Source of the DNA: an uncultured Methanosarcinales archaeon
GTDB lineage: Archaea > Nanobdellota > Nanobdellia > Woesearchaeales > GW2011-AR9
Assembly: GCA_964343575.1 (NCBI GenBank)
Contig: CAYFJV010000002.1
Location: forward strand, 195,585-259,584
Length of the DNA stretch: 64,000 nucleotides
Direction: 5' to 3'
Shown: positions 28,453-37,992 of the stretch, piece after piece
Layout of the letters: every line of letters begins with the position of its first letter
Numbering within the stretch: the first letter of the stretch is position 1
Position numbers and translations under genes: made by a program
Notes under the pieces: model-generated
Seen by the model: only the letters and a program-made list of their open reading frames with translations
Databases searched by the model: none
Told to the model about the DNA's origin: nothing

Positions 28453-28554
28453 GTTCTTGCGAAGGGTTTTTATAGCTGAAATGCATTTTTCTTGAGAGTT
28501 ACTGTTTTATTATTGCATTTGTATCGCATTAAAGAGAGATAGAGGTTGTGTAGT

Positions 28555-29469
28555 ATGAAAATCAAAAACATTCTTTTCGCATGTATTCTTTCTAGCATGT
28601 TGCTTCTGGCGGCATGTTCTGGAAGCGAACCAGCAAGCAGCTTTGAAGGAGCTTACATTGGTGGTGGAGAAGGTATTGAGCTGAGCTTTGAGCCTTTTAG
28701 TGTCTTAGAAGACGGGGTCTACACCATTTTTGATACTGAAGACTTTCCTATTGATGTGCTTATCAAAAATAAGGGTGAGCATACTGTTGCTGCAGGTGAT
28801 GTAAGTCTTACTTTACTTGGTCCTGCTCAGCAAGATTTTGAAAATATTCCTGCTTGGGAACTTGTTAATGTAGAAGAGATTGAAAAAATTTCAGAGTTTA
28901 ATCCAGAAGGTGATGAAGAACTTATCTCTTTTACTCCAGATGATTATGCGGTCTATCTTGGGGAAGTGATTGGTTTTTACGATATCCCTTGGACTTTAGA
29001 TTTTGAATATCTTTATGCAACAAATGTATTGATTGATAACGTTTGTTTCAAAGAAGATATCTCTGATGATCGGGTTTGTGAAGTTGAAGAAGCAAAGGGC
29101 TTTTCTGTTTCAGGAGCACCAATTACTGTTACTTCGGTTGAAGAAGATACTGCGGGGCAAGGCATTATGATGCTTCGTATCAACATCAGGAATACTGGGA
29201 CTGGTGAAGCAACCATCCCAGGAGAAGACTTTGATGATCGTTTTAGCCAAGTTGCTTACACTATTGATGAGCCTGACCTTTGGGAGTGTAAATCTGGTGG
29301 AAGAGAAGATGAAGCTCGGCTGGTAGATGGGGAAGCAGAAGTGATCTGTAAGCTTCGCGAACCACTTGCTGATGGAGAGTTGTACACCAAATCTGTGCAA
29401 CTTACTCTTGATTATGTCTACCAGGACTTGATTACTGAAACTTTGAGAATTAAAGAGAGTATTGAGTAG
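28555..29469 (+). CDS. Putative lipoprotein (paralog 3)
   Basis: MKIK..LLLAAC lipobox; C..C..SGAPITV, INIRNTGTG and LTLDYVY motifs. Confidence 0.78.
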   Translation: MKIKNILFACILSSMLLLAACSGSEPASSFEGAYIGGGEGIELSFEPFSVLEDGVYTIFDTEDFPIDVLIKNKGEHTVAAGDVSLTLLGPAQQDFENIPAWELVNVEEIEKISEFNPEGDEELISFTPDDYAVYLGEVIGFYDIPWTLDFEYLYATNVLIDNVCFKEDISDDRVCEVEEAKGFSVSGAPITVTSVEEDTAGQGIMMLRINIRNTGTGEATIPGEDFDDRFSQVAYTIDEPDLWECKSGGREDEARLVDGEAEVICKLREPLADGELYTKSVQLTLDYVYQDLITETLRIKESIE

Positions 29470-29538
29470 ATATTGGTTTACTTGCTCTTTTTTTTGTTTT
29501 TTCTTCTTCTTCTTTCTTTGTTTTTTGTGGGATGTTTC

Positions 29539-30519
29539 TTAGTTTGCGGTGTTTGCCATCACAAAAGCTAAGAAAGCTTCTAACTGAATATATTCATCGC
29601 TTCCTTCTACCATTCTAAACTCAATCTCTCCACACTTGTCAATGAGAAAGACCTTTTTACGATCATTGAGCTTATCGTCTTGGAGGTTCCAGATCTCTTT
29701 TTGCATTTGTTTGATCACATCAATCCCAGAAAGACCATAGTTTAACATAAGATCAAGCAGTTTTTTTCTTGCCATCAAGAAGTTTTGGTCAACTGCAAGG
29801 CTCAGCACTTCTTGTACTTCTTTTGGTTTTGCTGCAGAAGCCATACTGTAGATAAGCTCGGGATCAATGTTTTTTGAGATTACAGCGCAACTTTGTAGAA
29901 CATTCTCTAACTTTCTGCAATCACCAGAACAGACGTTAAAAAGTGCTTCTTTGCTCTCTTCAGAGAGAGAAAGTTCTTCTTTTTGTGCAATCTTGTCAAT
30001 AACTTCATAAATCTCTTCCTTGCTTAAGGGTTTAAAACGAAAAACTGCGCAACGACTCTGAATTGGGTCAATAATTTTACTACTATAGTTACAAGAGAGA
30101 ATAAAACGACAAGTTTTCGTGTAGTTCTCCATGGTTCTTCTCAGAGCTTGCTGGGCATCTCTAGTGAGTGCATCGCTCTCGTCAAGATAGATGATTTTGA
30201 AAGGAATATTTCCAATTGCTTTAGTTCTTGCAAAATCTTTTACTTTGGTTCTCACTACATCAATTCCCCTCTCATCGCTAGCATTGAGTTCTAGAATATT
30301 GTCTCTCCAGTTTTCACCAAAAAGTTCTTTTGCAATGACAAGAGAAAGTGTTGTTTTACCGACGCCAGCGGGACCAGAAAAGAGCAAGTGCGGCATGTTT
30401 TGTGAAGCAACAAATGCTTTGAGTTTGGCTAAGATTTCTTTCTGTCCCATAACTTCCTCAAATTTTTGAGGCCTGTATTTCTCTGTCCAAATGCTGCTTA
30501 TCATTTTTTCTTGCTCCAA
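29539..30519 (-). CDS. rfcS: Replication factor C small subunit
   Basis: WTEKYRP, GPAGVGKT, LELNASDERG, DESD and SRC motifs; no intein. Confidence 0.98.
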   Translation of the reverse strand: MEQEKMISSIWTEKYRPQKFEEVMGQKEILAKLKAFVASQNMPHLLFSGPAGVGKTTLSLVIAKELFGENWRDNILELNASDERGIDVVRTKVKDFARTKAIGNIPFKIIYLDESDALTRDAQQALRRTMENYTKTCRFILSCNYSSKIIDPIQSRCAVFRFKPLSKEEIYEVIDKIAQKEELSLSEESKEALFNVCSGDCRKLENVLQSCAVISKNIDPELIYSMASAAKPKEVQEVLSLAVDQNFLMARKKLLDLMLNYGLSGIDVIKQMQKEIWNLQDDKLNDRKKVFLIDKCGEIEFRMVEGSDEYIQLEAFLAFVMANTAN

Positions 30520-30901
30520 TTTTTTTTTGAATTCGTGTTTTTGTTAACTTTTGATTTTTCTTTTTTAGTTTCTTGCTTTAATAACTTTTCTTTTTTCTTG
30601 TATGTATGTTTTCTTTTTTCTTTTCTCAAAAACTTCTTTTTCTCATTTTGTCGACGAAAAAAAAGTTTTCAAAAATAGTTCTTAATGTTTTTCATTTTCT
30701 TTTTTGCCCTTTATTTTTTCTTGTTTATTTTTTTGTTTCAGTATTTTTTGTTTGCTTTGCTTGTTTTGCAATAATGTTTTTAGCATTTGCTTTTTTCTAA
30801 CTACTGTTTGTAAAACATCTGTTAAAAAGGAAACGTTTAAATAATAAAAATGCTTTTTCTGTTTAAAAATCAACAAGTTTCACAAATAAGAGGTGTGATT
30901 G

Positions 30902-31300
30902 ATGGCTGTAAGAAGAAAAACAACAAAACGTAAGGCAGTCAAGCGTAAAGCAACTCGGCGTAAAACAACTAAACGCAAAACTGCTAAGCGTAAGACTACC
31001 AGAAGAAAAACAGCTAAACGTAAAACTGCTAAACGTAAAACAACTAGGCGTAAGGCAACTAAGCGTAAGGCTACAAAAAGAAAAACAACTCGACGTAAAG
31101 CAACTAAGCGTAAGACTACAAAGAGGAAAACAACTCGGCGTAAAGCAACCAAGCGTAAAACTGCTAAGCGTAAGAAAGCTAAACGTAAAACAACCAAGCG
31201 TAAAACTACTAAGCGTAAGACTACAAAGAGAAAAACAGCTCGGCGTAAGACTACCAAACGTAAGGCTGCTAAGCGTAAAACAACTCGAAGAAGAAGATAA
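30902..31300 (+). CDS. Highly basic histone H1/protamine-like pentapeptide-repeat protein
   Basis: MAV + 25 x [KR]RK[TAK][TAV] + RRRR; SD GAGGTG at 30890-30895; T-rich terminator follows; the repeats are synonymously diverged at DNA level. Confidence 0.85.
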   Translation: MAVRRKTTKRKAVKRKATRRKTTKRKTAKRKTTRRKTAKRKTAKRKTTRRKATKRKATKRKTTRRKATKRKTTKRKTTRRKATKRKTAKRKKAKRKTTKRKTTKRKTTKRKTARRKTTKRKAAKRKTTRRRR

Positions 31301-31358
31301 TTTTTCTTTTTTTACCTTCTTTTTCTTTCTTTTTCTCCTTTTTTTGGCTTTTTCTTGT

Positions 31359-33341
31359 TTAGATAAATCTGTTTAGAAAGAGATTGACTTTGTCTCCGAA
31401 GTTTCTTGCCTGAACTGTTACTGGGATCTCTTCTTCGAGAGAATATTCTCTTCCTAGTTCATCGGTCCAAGTCCCAGTAAGGGTGAATTTATTCTCTTGA
31501 GCTAAACCTGCACTATCCAGCTCAAGGATAATCTCTTCGGCTTCTTCCAGACTTGAAATGGTCCAAGTGTTTCTTGCAAATTTGCTTTCAAGAACAAGTT
31601 CAAGGTCTTTTGGAGTCGAGAAAGAGGAACTCTCAACTTTGAAATTAATAAAGAAGGGGTCTTTGTAATAGATGTCTTTTGAAGTTTCACTTTCGATGTT
31701 AATGTTTGCTTCATCTAGTACTTTGATGTTGATAAATTCACTTTTTTTGAACTCTTCATTCTCCGCTTTTACTAGAACACTTTGCCAGCCAACCTCATCA
31801 AAAGTTCCCTCTTCTTCAAGCAGAAATTCCTGATTGATCGGAAGGCTTAGTGCTTGGCAACTGCTGTCTACACAGAATTGGAGATTGTTTAGTTGGGCAT
31901 TTCCTTTGTTTTTAAGTGTGCAAGAAAGTGCTGTTTTTTCTTCCACTGCAACGATTTCTGGATAGTCACAATCAAAACTCACTTGTCTTGTATAAGTTGT
32001 TTCTTCTTCTTCTGGGAGAAGGGTTTTAATTTCGTCAAAACTGTAACTTAATGAGCCTTCTTGCGCCTGAAAATTACCATAAGTTGTTGTATTTTTTTCG
32101 TTGTAAATGAGGTATGGAAAATCATAAATATAATTGTCGTTGAGTTCTTCTTGAACATGGACTACCCAATATATCTCTCTTTGCTCGCTTGGGGAGAGTA
32201 AAATACTTTGTCTTTTCTCGTCAAGAATCTCGATCTCAGGAGGAACGGCAAGAGAAACTGCGCTTGCAACATAATAATCCTCTACATTATTTACAGTTGC
32301 CTTAATAAGATTAAAGCTGCCAAAATCTACCAACTCTGCACTTGTTTCACTCTCAAGAGAGACTTGATCTCTTGCTTGTTGTCCAAAACTTTTGATTTGG
32401 ACTGTGAAGTCGAGCTCTTCTGTTTCAAGATCGACCTCTCTTGCTTTCCACTCATAAAATGTTGAAGCTGAAGTAGCATCAACGCTTTCTTTAAGTTTAA
32501 TATGGGTCACATCCACATAACCAAACTCACCAAATGTGGGATCAAAACTCACCCAACCATATTCTGGGAAGTAAACCTCTGCCCAACCGTGGGCTTGCCA
32601 AGGCTCTGTGAACAGTTCTGAGTTTGTATAAGATACTCCCGTTACAAAACGGGCAGGGATGCCAAGAGATCTACTCATTGCAATAAAAAGAGAAGTCATT
32701 TCATCACAAACTCCTTCTTTGTTTTGAAGAACCCAACTTGAACTTTGTGATGATTTTGCAGTTAGGGTGTTAAGATCGTAATCAATATTTTGGTCAACCC
32801 AAGATGCCAAAGAGAAGACAACTTCATAAAGATCGTCTTTACCTTGAGCAAGCTCATTAGCTTGAGCAATGACATTTTGGTTGCTAAAATCAATGTTTTC
32901 TGTTTCTTCTAGATATAAATGGAGGTCTGGTTCGTCTTGGATGTATTGTTCGATGTCTTGAATAGGAAAAGGGATTTTTTCTGAGATTTCATTTCTTATA
33001 TTGTTAGTTTGCACAACTGTGTTGTAAGAAAAGCTTTGTTCATTGAAGCTTTCAAGTTCTTCTTCGCTCCACTCAAAAAAGACTTTTGGCCCTTGGATTA
33101 TTCCTTGGCTGCTGAAACTTTCTCTTGACTGCTGCAAGCTGTTCTCTGGAAGGAGGTATAACTCTGCGCTTGCCTCTTCAACGAAAGAGGAGTCAGCTAG
33201 GGGGGTAAAGGAGAAGCTTCCTTCGAGATCTAACTCTATCTCCAAAGAGTCATAAAGATAAATGTTTTCTTCAGTTTCTGCTAGTGCAGTTACCGAACAG
33301 AATAATATGAAGAGAAAAAAACTTAGGATCCATAATTTCAT
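31359..33341 (-). CDS. Secreted transglutaminase-like domain protein with C-terminal Ig/CARDB-like domains
   Basis: Signal peptide; triad GVCDEM...LGIPARFVTG...HGWAEVY...WVSFDPT. Confidence 0.88.
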   Translation of the reverse strand: MKLWILSFFLFILFCSVTALAETEENIYLYDSLEIELDLEGSFSFTPLADSSFVEEASAELYLLPENSLQQSRESFSSQGIIQGPKVFFEWSEEELESFNEQSFSYNTVVQTNNIRNEISEKIPFPIQDIEQYIQDEPDLHLYLEETENIDFSNQNVIAQANELAQGKDDLYEVVFSLASWVDQNIDYDLNTLTAKSSQSSSWVLQNKEGVCDEMTSLFIAMSRSLGIPARFVTGVSYTNSELFTEPWQAHGWAEVYFPEYGWVSFDPTFGEFGYVDVTHIKLKESVDATSASTFYEWKAREVDLETEELDFTVQIKSFGQQARDQVSLESETSAELVDFGSFNLIKATVNNVEDYYVASAVSLAVPPEIEILDEKRQSILLSPSEQREIYWVVHVQEELNDNYIYDFPYLIYNEKNTTTYGNFQAQEGSLSYSFDEIKTLLPEEEETTYTRQVSFDCDYPEIVAVEEKTALSCTLKNKGNAQLNNLQFCVDSSCQALSLPINQEFLLEEEGTFDEVGWQSVLVKAENEEFKKSEFINIKVLDEANINIESETSKDIYYKDPFFINFKVESSSFSTPKDLELVLESKFARNTWTISSLEEAEEIILELDSAGLAQENKFTLTGTWTDELGREYSLEEEIPVTVQARNFGDKVNLFLNRFI

Positions 33342-33447
33342 AGTTCTCTTCTGGGATCTTTAGCACGAATATAAAGCTTTCTTTCTTCATCCTCCTTATT
33401 CTTTTTGTGCTAAATTCTTATAAAATGAGGGACTTTTTTGATCAGTT

Positions 33448-34137
33448 ATGTCTTTAAAGAAAGTTCCTGGGTCTGGAAAGCGTAATAGTTTGGCAGTTGC
33501 TCTTCTCTCTGGGGGTATTGATTCGCCAGTAGCAATCTCTCTTATGCAAGATAAGCTAGATATTGTTGCCGTACATTTTCACCAATTGCCATTAACTGAT
33601 GAAAAAGAAGTTGAGAAGGTAAAAAAATTAGCCGCCTTGTTGGGTTTGAAAAAGTTGTATTTAGTTCCTTTTGCTCGGGTGCTTAAGAAGTTAGTTGATC
33701 AGTGTGATCATCGTGATTATTTTATTCTCTCTAAAATTTTGATGTTTCAATTGGCTGGGAAAGTTTTGGAGAAAGAGAAGAAATTCGCTGAAAACAAGGG
33801 CGTTGGCGGCAGTGATGCAGATTCTTTCTTAATAACTGGAGAAAATTTGGCACAGGTGAGTAGCCAAACCTTGAGTAATTTAACAAGCATTAGTTCACTT
33901 GTTGATGCACAGATTTTGCGCCCACTTCTAACTTATGATAAACAAGAAATTGTTACTCTTGCTAAAGAAATTGGTACTTATGATATCTCAAAGGGGCCAG
34001 AAATTTGTGGACTTCTTGGACCCAAAGCTCCTCGGACACAATCTCATGTTGAGAAGATTTCTTCGGAGTTAGTAAAATTAGATCTTGCTCTTGTTGAAGA
34101 AGAAAGTTTAAATAAAGCTGAAATTCTTGAGTTTTAG
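33448..34137 (+). CDS. ThiI-like PP-loop protein (catalytic domain only, no THUMP)
   Basis: LLSGGIDSPVA, ITGENLAQVSSQTLSNL and ILRPLLTYDKQEIV..AKEIGTY motifs; only 229 aa. Confidence 0.85.
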   Translation: MSLKKVPGSGKRNSLAVALLSGGIDSPVAISLMQDKLDIVAVHFHQLPLTDEKEVEKVKKLAALLGLKKLYLVPFARVLKKLVDQCDHRDYFILSKILMFQLAGKVLEKEKKFAENKGVGGSDADSFLITGENLAQVSSQTLSNLTSISSLVDAQILRPLLTYDKQEIVTLAKEIGTYDISKGPEICGLLGPKAPRTQSHVEKISSELVKLDLALVEEESLNKAEILEF

Positions 34138-34167
34138 TACTTTTGTTATTCATTTTGATAGGTAAAG

Positions 34168-35583
34168 ATGGTAATTACTTTATTCAACACCTTAAGTGGG
34201 AAGAAGGAAAGGTTTGAGCCTTTGGAAAAGGGAAGGGCTAAGGTTTATGCTTGTGGACCAACCGTCTATCATTATGTGCACATTGGGAATCTTCGAAGCT
34301 TTATCTTTGAAGATCTTTTGAGAAGAGTTTTGGAATATAACGATTTTTCTGTAGAGTTTATTATGAACATCACTGATGTTGGACACTTAACTTCTGATGG
34401 AGATACTGGTGAAGATAAAATGCTTAAGGGAGCTCGCCGAGAGAAAAAGACTGTTTGGGAAGTTGCTGAGTTTTATGCTGAAGCTTTTTTGAGCGACATT
34501 GCTAAGTTAAACATTTTGCCTGCAAAGAAGTACACAAAGGCTACTGATCATATTAAGGAGCAGATCTCTATGATTGAGAAGCTTGAAAAGAAGGGTTTTA
34601 CTTATCTTGCTGGTGGAAATGTTTATTTTGATACTTCAAAATTTGAAGATTATGGTAAGTTGGTTAAGTTAACTGAGAGTGAACGGGCCAGAGTTGAACA
34701 AGATAAGAATAAGAAGAATGCAAGGGATTTTGTGTTATGGTTTACTAAATCAAAGTTTCAAGATCAAGAAATGAAATGGGATTCTCCTTGGGGAATTGGT
34801 TATCCTGGTTGGCACATTGAGTGTTCGGCTATGGCAAGTGCATACTTAGGAGAGCAGTTTGATATTCATTGTGGTGGAATGGATCTAGCACCAGTCCATC
34901 ACACAAACGAAATTGCCCAAGCAGAATGTGCTTTTGGAAAAACACCTTGGGTAAACTATTGGCTTCATGGTGAATTTTTAGTTCTTGCTAAGGGTGAGAA
35001 AATGTCTAAGAGTAGTGGTGAGTTTTTGACACTCGCTCGAATTGAGGAAAAAGGATTCCATCCACTCGATTACAGATATTTTACTTTAACTGGACATTAT
35101 AGAAAGCCGCTTACTTTTAGTTTTGAAGCATTAGAGGGAGCAAAGGTTGCTCGTAAAAAATTGCAAGAGCAGTATTGGTCTTTAGCTGAAACAATTGTGA
35201 AAGTTTTGGCTGGGGTAAGGGAACTTTCTTCTGCTGGGCAAGCTTATCGTTTACAGTTCTTAGAAGAAGTGAGTGATGATCTTGGTGTTACCAAAGGTCT
35301 TGCTGTACTTTGGGGCATGCTTAAAGATGAAAAGCTGAGCGCTGCTGAGAAATTGTTTTTGTTAGATGATTTTGATAGGGTACTTGGTTTGGATTTAGCT
35401 GGGCAAAAGCGTGTTGAAGTAATTGTTCCAGAAGAAGTGAAGGTCTTGGCTGAGGAGCGAGCTGCTGCCAGAGCAGCTAAAGATTGGAAGAAATCAGATG
35501 AGCTTCGAGAGAAAATCCGTGCTTTGGGTTTTGAGATCTCTGATGGGAGTGATGGCAGTTGGAAGTTGGAGAAATCGGTTTAA
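34168..35583 (+). CDS. cysS: Cysteine-tRNA ligase
   Basis: CGPTVY, HIGN, PGWHIECSAM, HHTNEIAQ and KMSKS motifs. Confidence 0.98.
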   Translation: MVITLFNTLSGKKERFEPLEKGRAKVYACGPTVYHYVHIGNLRSFIFEDLLRRVLEYNDFSVEFIMNITDVGHLTSDGDTGEDKMLKGARREKKTVWEVAEFYAEAFLSDIAKLNILPAKKYTKATDHIKEQISMIEKLEKKGFTYLAGGNVYFDTSKFEDYGKLVKLTESERARVEQDKNKKNARDFVLWFTKSKFQDQEMKWDSPWGIGYPGWHIECSAMASAYLGEQFDIHCGGMDLAPVHHTNEIAQAECAFGKTPWVNYWLHGEFLVLAKGEKMSKSSGEFLTLARIEEKGFHPLDYRYFTLTGHYRKPLTFSFEALEGAKVARKKLQEQYWSLAETIVKVLAGVRELSSAGQAYRLQFLEEVSDDLGVTKGLAVLWGMLKDEKLSAAEKLFLLDDFDRVLGLDLAGQKRVEVIVPEEVKVLAEERAAARAAKDWKKSDELREKIRALGFEISDGSDGSWKLEKSV

Positions 35584-35742
35584 ATTTAGATATTTCTTCT
35601 CTTCTTTTTTCTAAATTTTTTGTTACTTTTTCTTGTCTTACTTTACATTTTAGAAAAGGAGAAGTTATTCTCTCTAAAAATATGCTTCTAAACTAGGGCT
35701 TTGAACAGAATCTTTATAAACGAAAACACTCTCTTTTTGCCT

Positions 35743-37992
35743 ATGTTTAAAGAGAGGAAAGATAGAGTTTTTAGTAGTTCTAGCTCCGCTTCTCTAAAGC
35801 TTTCTTCTCAAGTCCAAAAAGGAAGAGTGCGCTTAACGCAAGAGGGTTCTGTTTCAAAGAAAGGACAAGTAACTATTTTTATCATTTTAGGAATCTTACT
35901 TCTCTTGATTGTCGGCTTGGTAATCTTATTACAAACTGAAGTAATCTCTTTCAAAGCTGAAGGGGTTGTCCTTAGTGAAGGAGGTAAAGTAGGTGATTTT
36001 ATTGGAAGTTGTATTCTTTCAGTTGGTGAACAGGCCTTGGTTTTAGCTGGACAACAAGGAGGATACATTGAAGTTCCAGAGCGTTACAGTTCTGATTTGA
36101 ACTGGCACATTCCACTCTCTTCTTTTTTGGATGTTCCTTTATGGGCGAATGGTTTGACTGTGGATAAACCAAGTTTGGATGAAGTTAAATTTGGGGTAGA
36201 TCGTTATGTTGAAGAACATGTGCGAGAATGTTTGTTTTCTACCGGCGTTTTTGAAGAAAGTTATAACTTGGTTGAGAATACGCCAATCCTTTCTGATGTG
36301 CAGTTTGATAATGGCAAAACTCGTTTTGAAGTAAGCTGGAATATTTTGGTTGAAGATGTTTCTGGTGAGTTGGTAACTGAATTGGTGAGCCATGTTGAGG
36401 ATTCTTCCATTCAATTCAAAGAGATGTATGAACTTGCTGATGCCATTTTGATTGATGAAATGAACACTTTGAAATTAGAAGATATTACTCAAGATTTAAT
36501 CGCTCTTGAACACGAATATGTGCCGGTGAGTGGTATTGCTTTGAGTTGTCAGCCGAAACAGTGGAAAGTTGATACTGCTGAGAGTACTTTACAAGATTTG
36601 CTTCGGGTGAATCTTCGTGAACTTCAAATTGAAGGAACAGATGTGATTGATTTTCCTGATACTTTGCCTTACTATCAAAACCATTATGTTTGGGATGTTG
36701 GAGCTGATGCAAAAGATCTTTCTGTTACCTTTCGCTATGATAATGATTTTCCTTTTACTTTTCAAGTGACTCCTCGAGATGGAGCTTATTTGCAGAGCAA
36801 TCAGCTTACTGCTAGTGACTATTTGCCTTTACTTTGTATACAGAATTGGAAGTTTACTTATGATGTAGTCTATCCTGTGATCATTGAAGTGCGAGATAGG
36901 ACAGGAACTGCTTTTCAGATAGCAACTTCTGTTAATTTGATTCGAAATTTCCCAAACAAGGGAGAAACTGTTGTTGCTCGAGCTTCTGGTGAGAGTGGGA
37001 TTGCTAGCGAAGAATTTTGTGAAGAGAGCGGCCATTATGTTCCTATGAATGTCCTTACTTACTCACTTGTTGAAAACCGAGAGACTGGAGTTTATGATAC
37101 GGAACCTTTAGAAGATGCTAACGTCAGTTATTCTTGTTTGAGTCATAGTTGTGAGATTGGAAGCACAGTGTATGATTTTGCTGCCAGAGGAGATGTTGCT
37201 GGTTTAACTGCAGAATTTCCTTACTGTGCTTCAGCTATTGTGCGTGCTGAAAAGGAGAATTATATCGAAGACTGGGTGCAAACTCCTGCTGAAGAAGGGA
37301 AAGATGTTGCTCTTTATTTGACTCCTTTACATGAAATCTCATTGAGTAATGCTCTTATTGCCGTACACGAAATGACAACTCGAGATTGTACTGCTGAAGA
37401 AGAGGCGGTTCACGGTGAGGATGCGCTTTGTTATCATGTTGGAGAAGCTCAAGAGATGGCTGCCGATCAAACAGCTTTAGTGACCTTGCGCTATATTGCG
37501 CCAACTCAAGAGACTTTGGAAGCAGAGCTCTACGGAGAAGTTGAAGAAGATGATGCTTTTGGTGAAACGGAGGGTGAGACTGTTGAAGAAGATGCCGAGC
37601 AAGAGCTTGAAGTGGAAGAACAAGAAGAATTAGGCAGCTTAGATTTTGGCTTTTCTGGCCTGGAAGGAAGTGGCTATGAAGAGCTCTTTAAAGAGGATAT
37701 TATTCTTTCTCCTAGTTTGGATGAGGGCTTTTTGGAAGAGTCTTCCTTTAGAATTTTGGCAGGCGCAGACTTTACTTATGATGTGACCATCTATCTCACT
37801 GATGAAGATGAACTTATCGGAGCTTACAGTGGAGAGTGGATTGCAGATTGGTCAACGCTTGCAGGACCTGGTGCTGGGGTGGTCTTTCATGTGATGAAAA
37901 CTAATCCTGCTGATGAAGAAGTCTTTTTTGATATGATCGCGAGAATGGATGATTTAAGTGTACTTCTCCCAGAAGTGGAGGTGCTTAGCTGA
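35743..37992 (+). CDS. Large acidic surface protein with class III (pilin-like) signal peptide
   Basis: KKG-QVTIFIILGILLLLIVGLVILL; Cys-containing acidic ectodomain; ATG 35743 lies ~23 nt after the TATA tttataaa. Confidence 0.78.
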   Translation: MFKERKDRVFSSSSSASLKLSSQVQKGRVRLTQEGSVSKKGQVTIFIILGILLLLIVGLVILLQTEVISFKAEGVVLSEGGKVGDFIGSCILSVGEQALVLAGQQGGYIEVPERYSSDLNWHIPLSSFLDVPLWANGLTVDKPSLDEVKFGVDRYVEEHVRECLFSTGVFEESYNLVENTPILSDVQFDNGKTRFEVSWNILVEDVSGELVTELVSHVEDSSIQFKEMYELADAILIDEMNTLKLEDITQDLIALEHEYVPVSGIALSCQPKQWKVDTAESTLQDLLRVNLRELQIEGTDVIDFPDTLPYYQNHYVWDVGADAKDLSVTFRYDNDFPFTFQVTPRDGAYLQSNQLTASDYLPLLCIQNWKFTYDVVYPVIIEVRDRTGTAFQIATSVNLIRNFPNKGETVVARASGESGIASEEFCEESGHYVPMNVLTYSLVENRETGVYDTEPLEDANVSYSCLSHSCEIGSTVYDFAARGDVAGLTAEFPYCASAIVRAEKENYIEDWVQTPAEEGKDVALYLTPLHEISLSNALIAVHEMTTRDCTAEEEAVHGEDALCYHVGEAQEMAADQTALVTLRYIAPTQETLEAELYGEVEEDDAFGETEGETVEEDAEQELEVEEQEELGSLDFGFSGLEGSGYEELFKEDIILSPSLDEGFLEESSFRILAGADFTYDVTIYLTDEDELIGAYSGEWIADWSTLAGPGAGVVFHVMKTNPADEEVFFDMIARMDDLSVLLPEVEVLS

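Noticed and set aside
29539..30519. Inteins in rfcS or lonB (common insertion sites)
   Set aside because: Both proteins are normal length with contiguous motifs.
30520..30880. Very T-rich 360-bp gap between rfcS and the basic repeat gene as a replication origin, and its Phe- or Lys-rich ORFs
   Set aside because: No ORB-like repeats and no cdc6/orc1 nearby; the ORFs are low-complexity by-products of poly-T tracts.
30880..31257. Minus-strand Leu/Val/Arg repeat ORF (125 aa)
   Set aside because: Antisense shadow of the basic repeat gene, which has the SD and terminator.
30911..31290. 15-bp periodic repeats as a CRISPR array
   Set aside because: No unique spacers; the repeats are in-frame codons with synonymous variation. 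No CRISPR array or cas gene was seen in the window.
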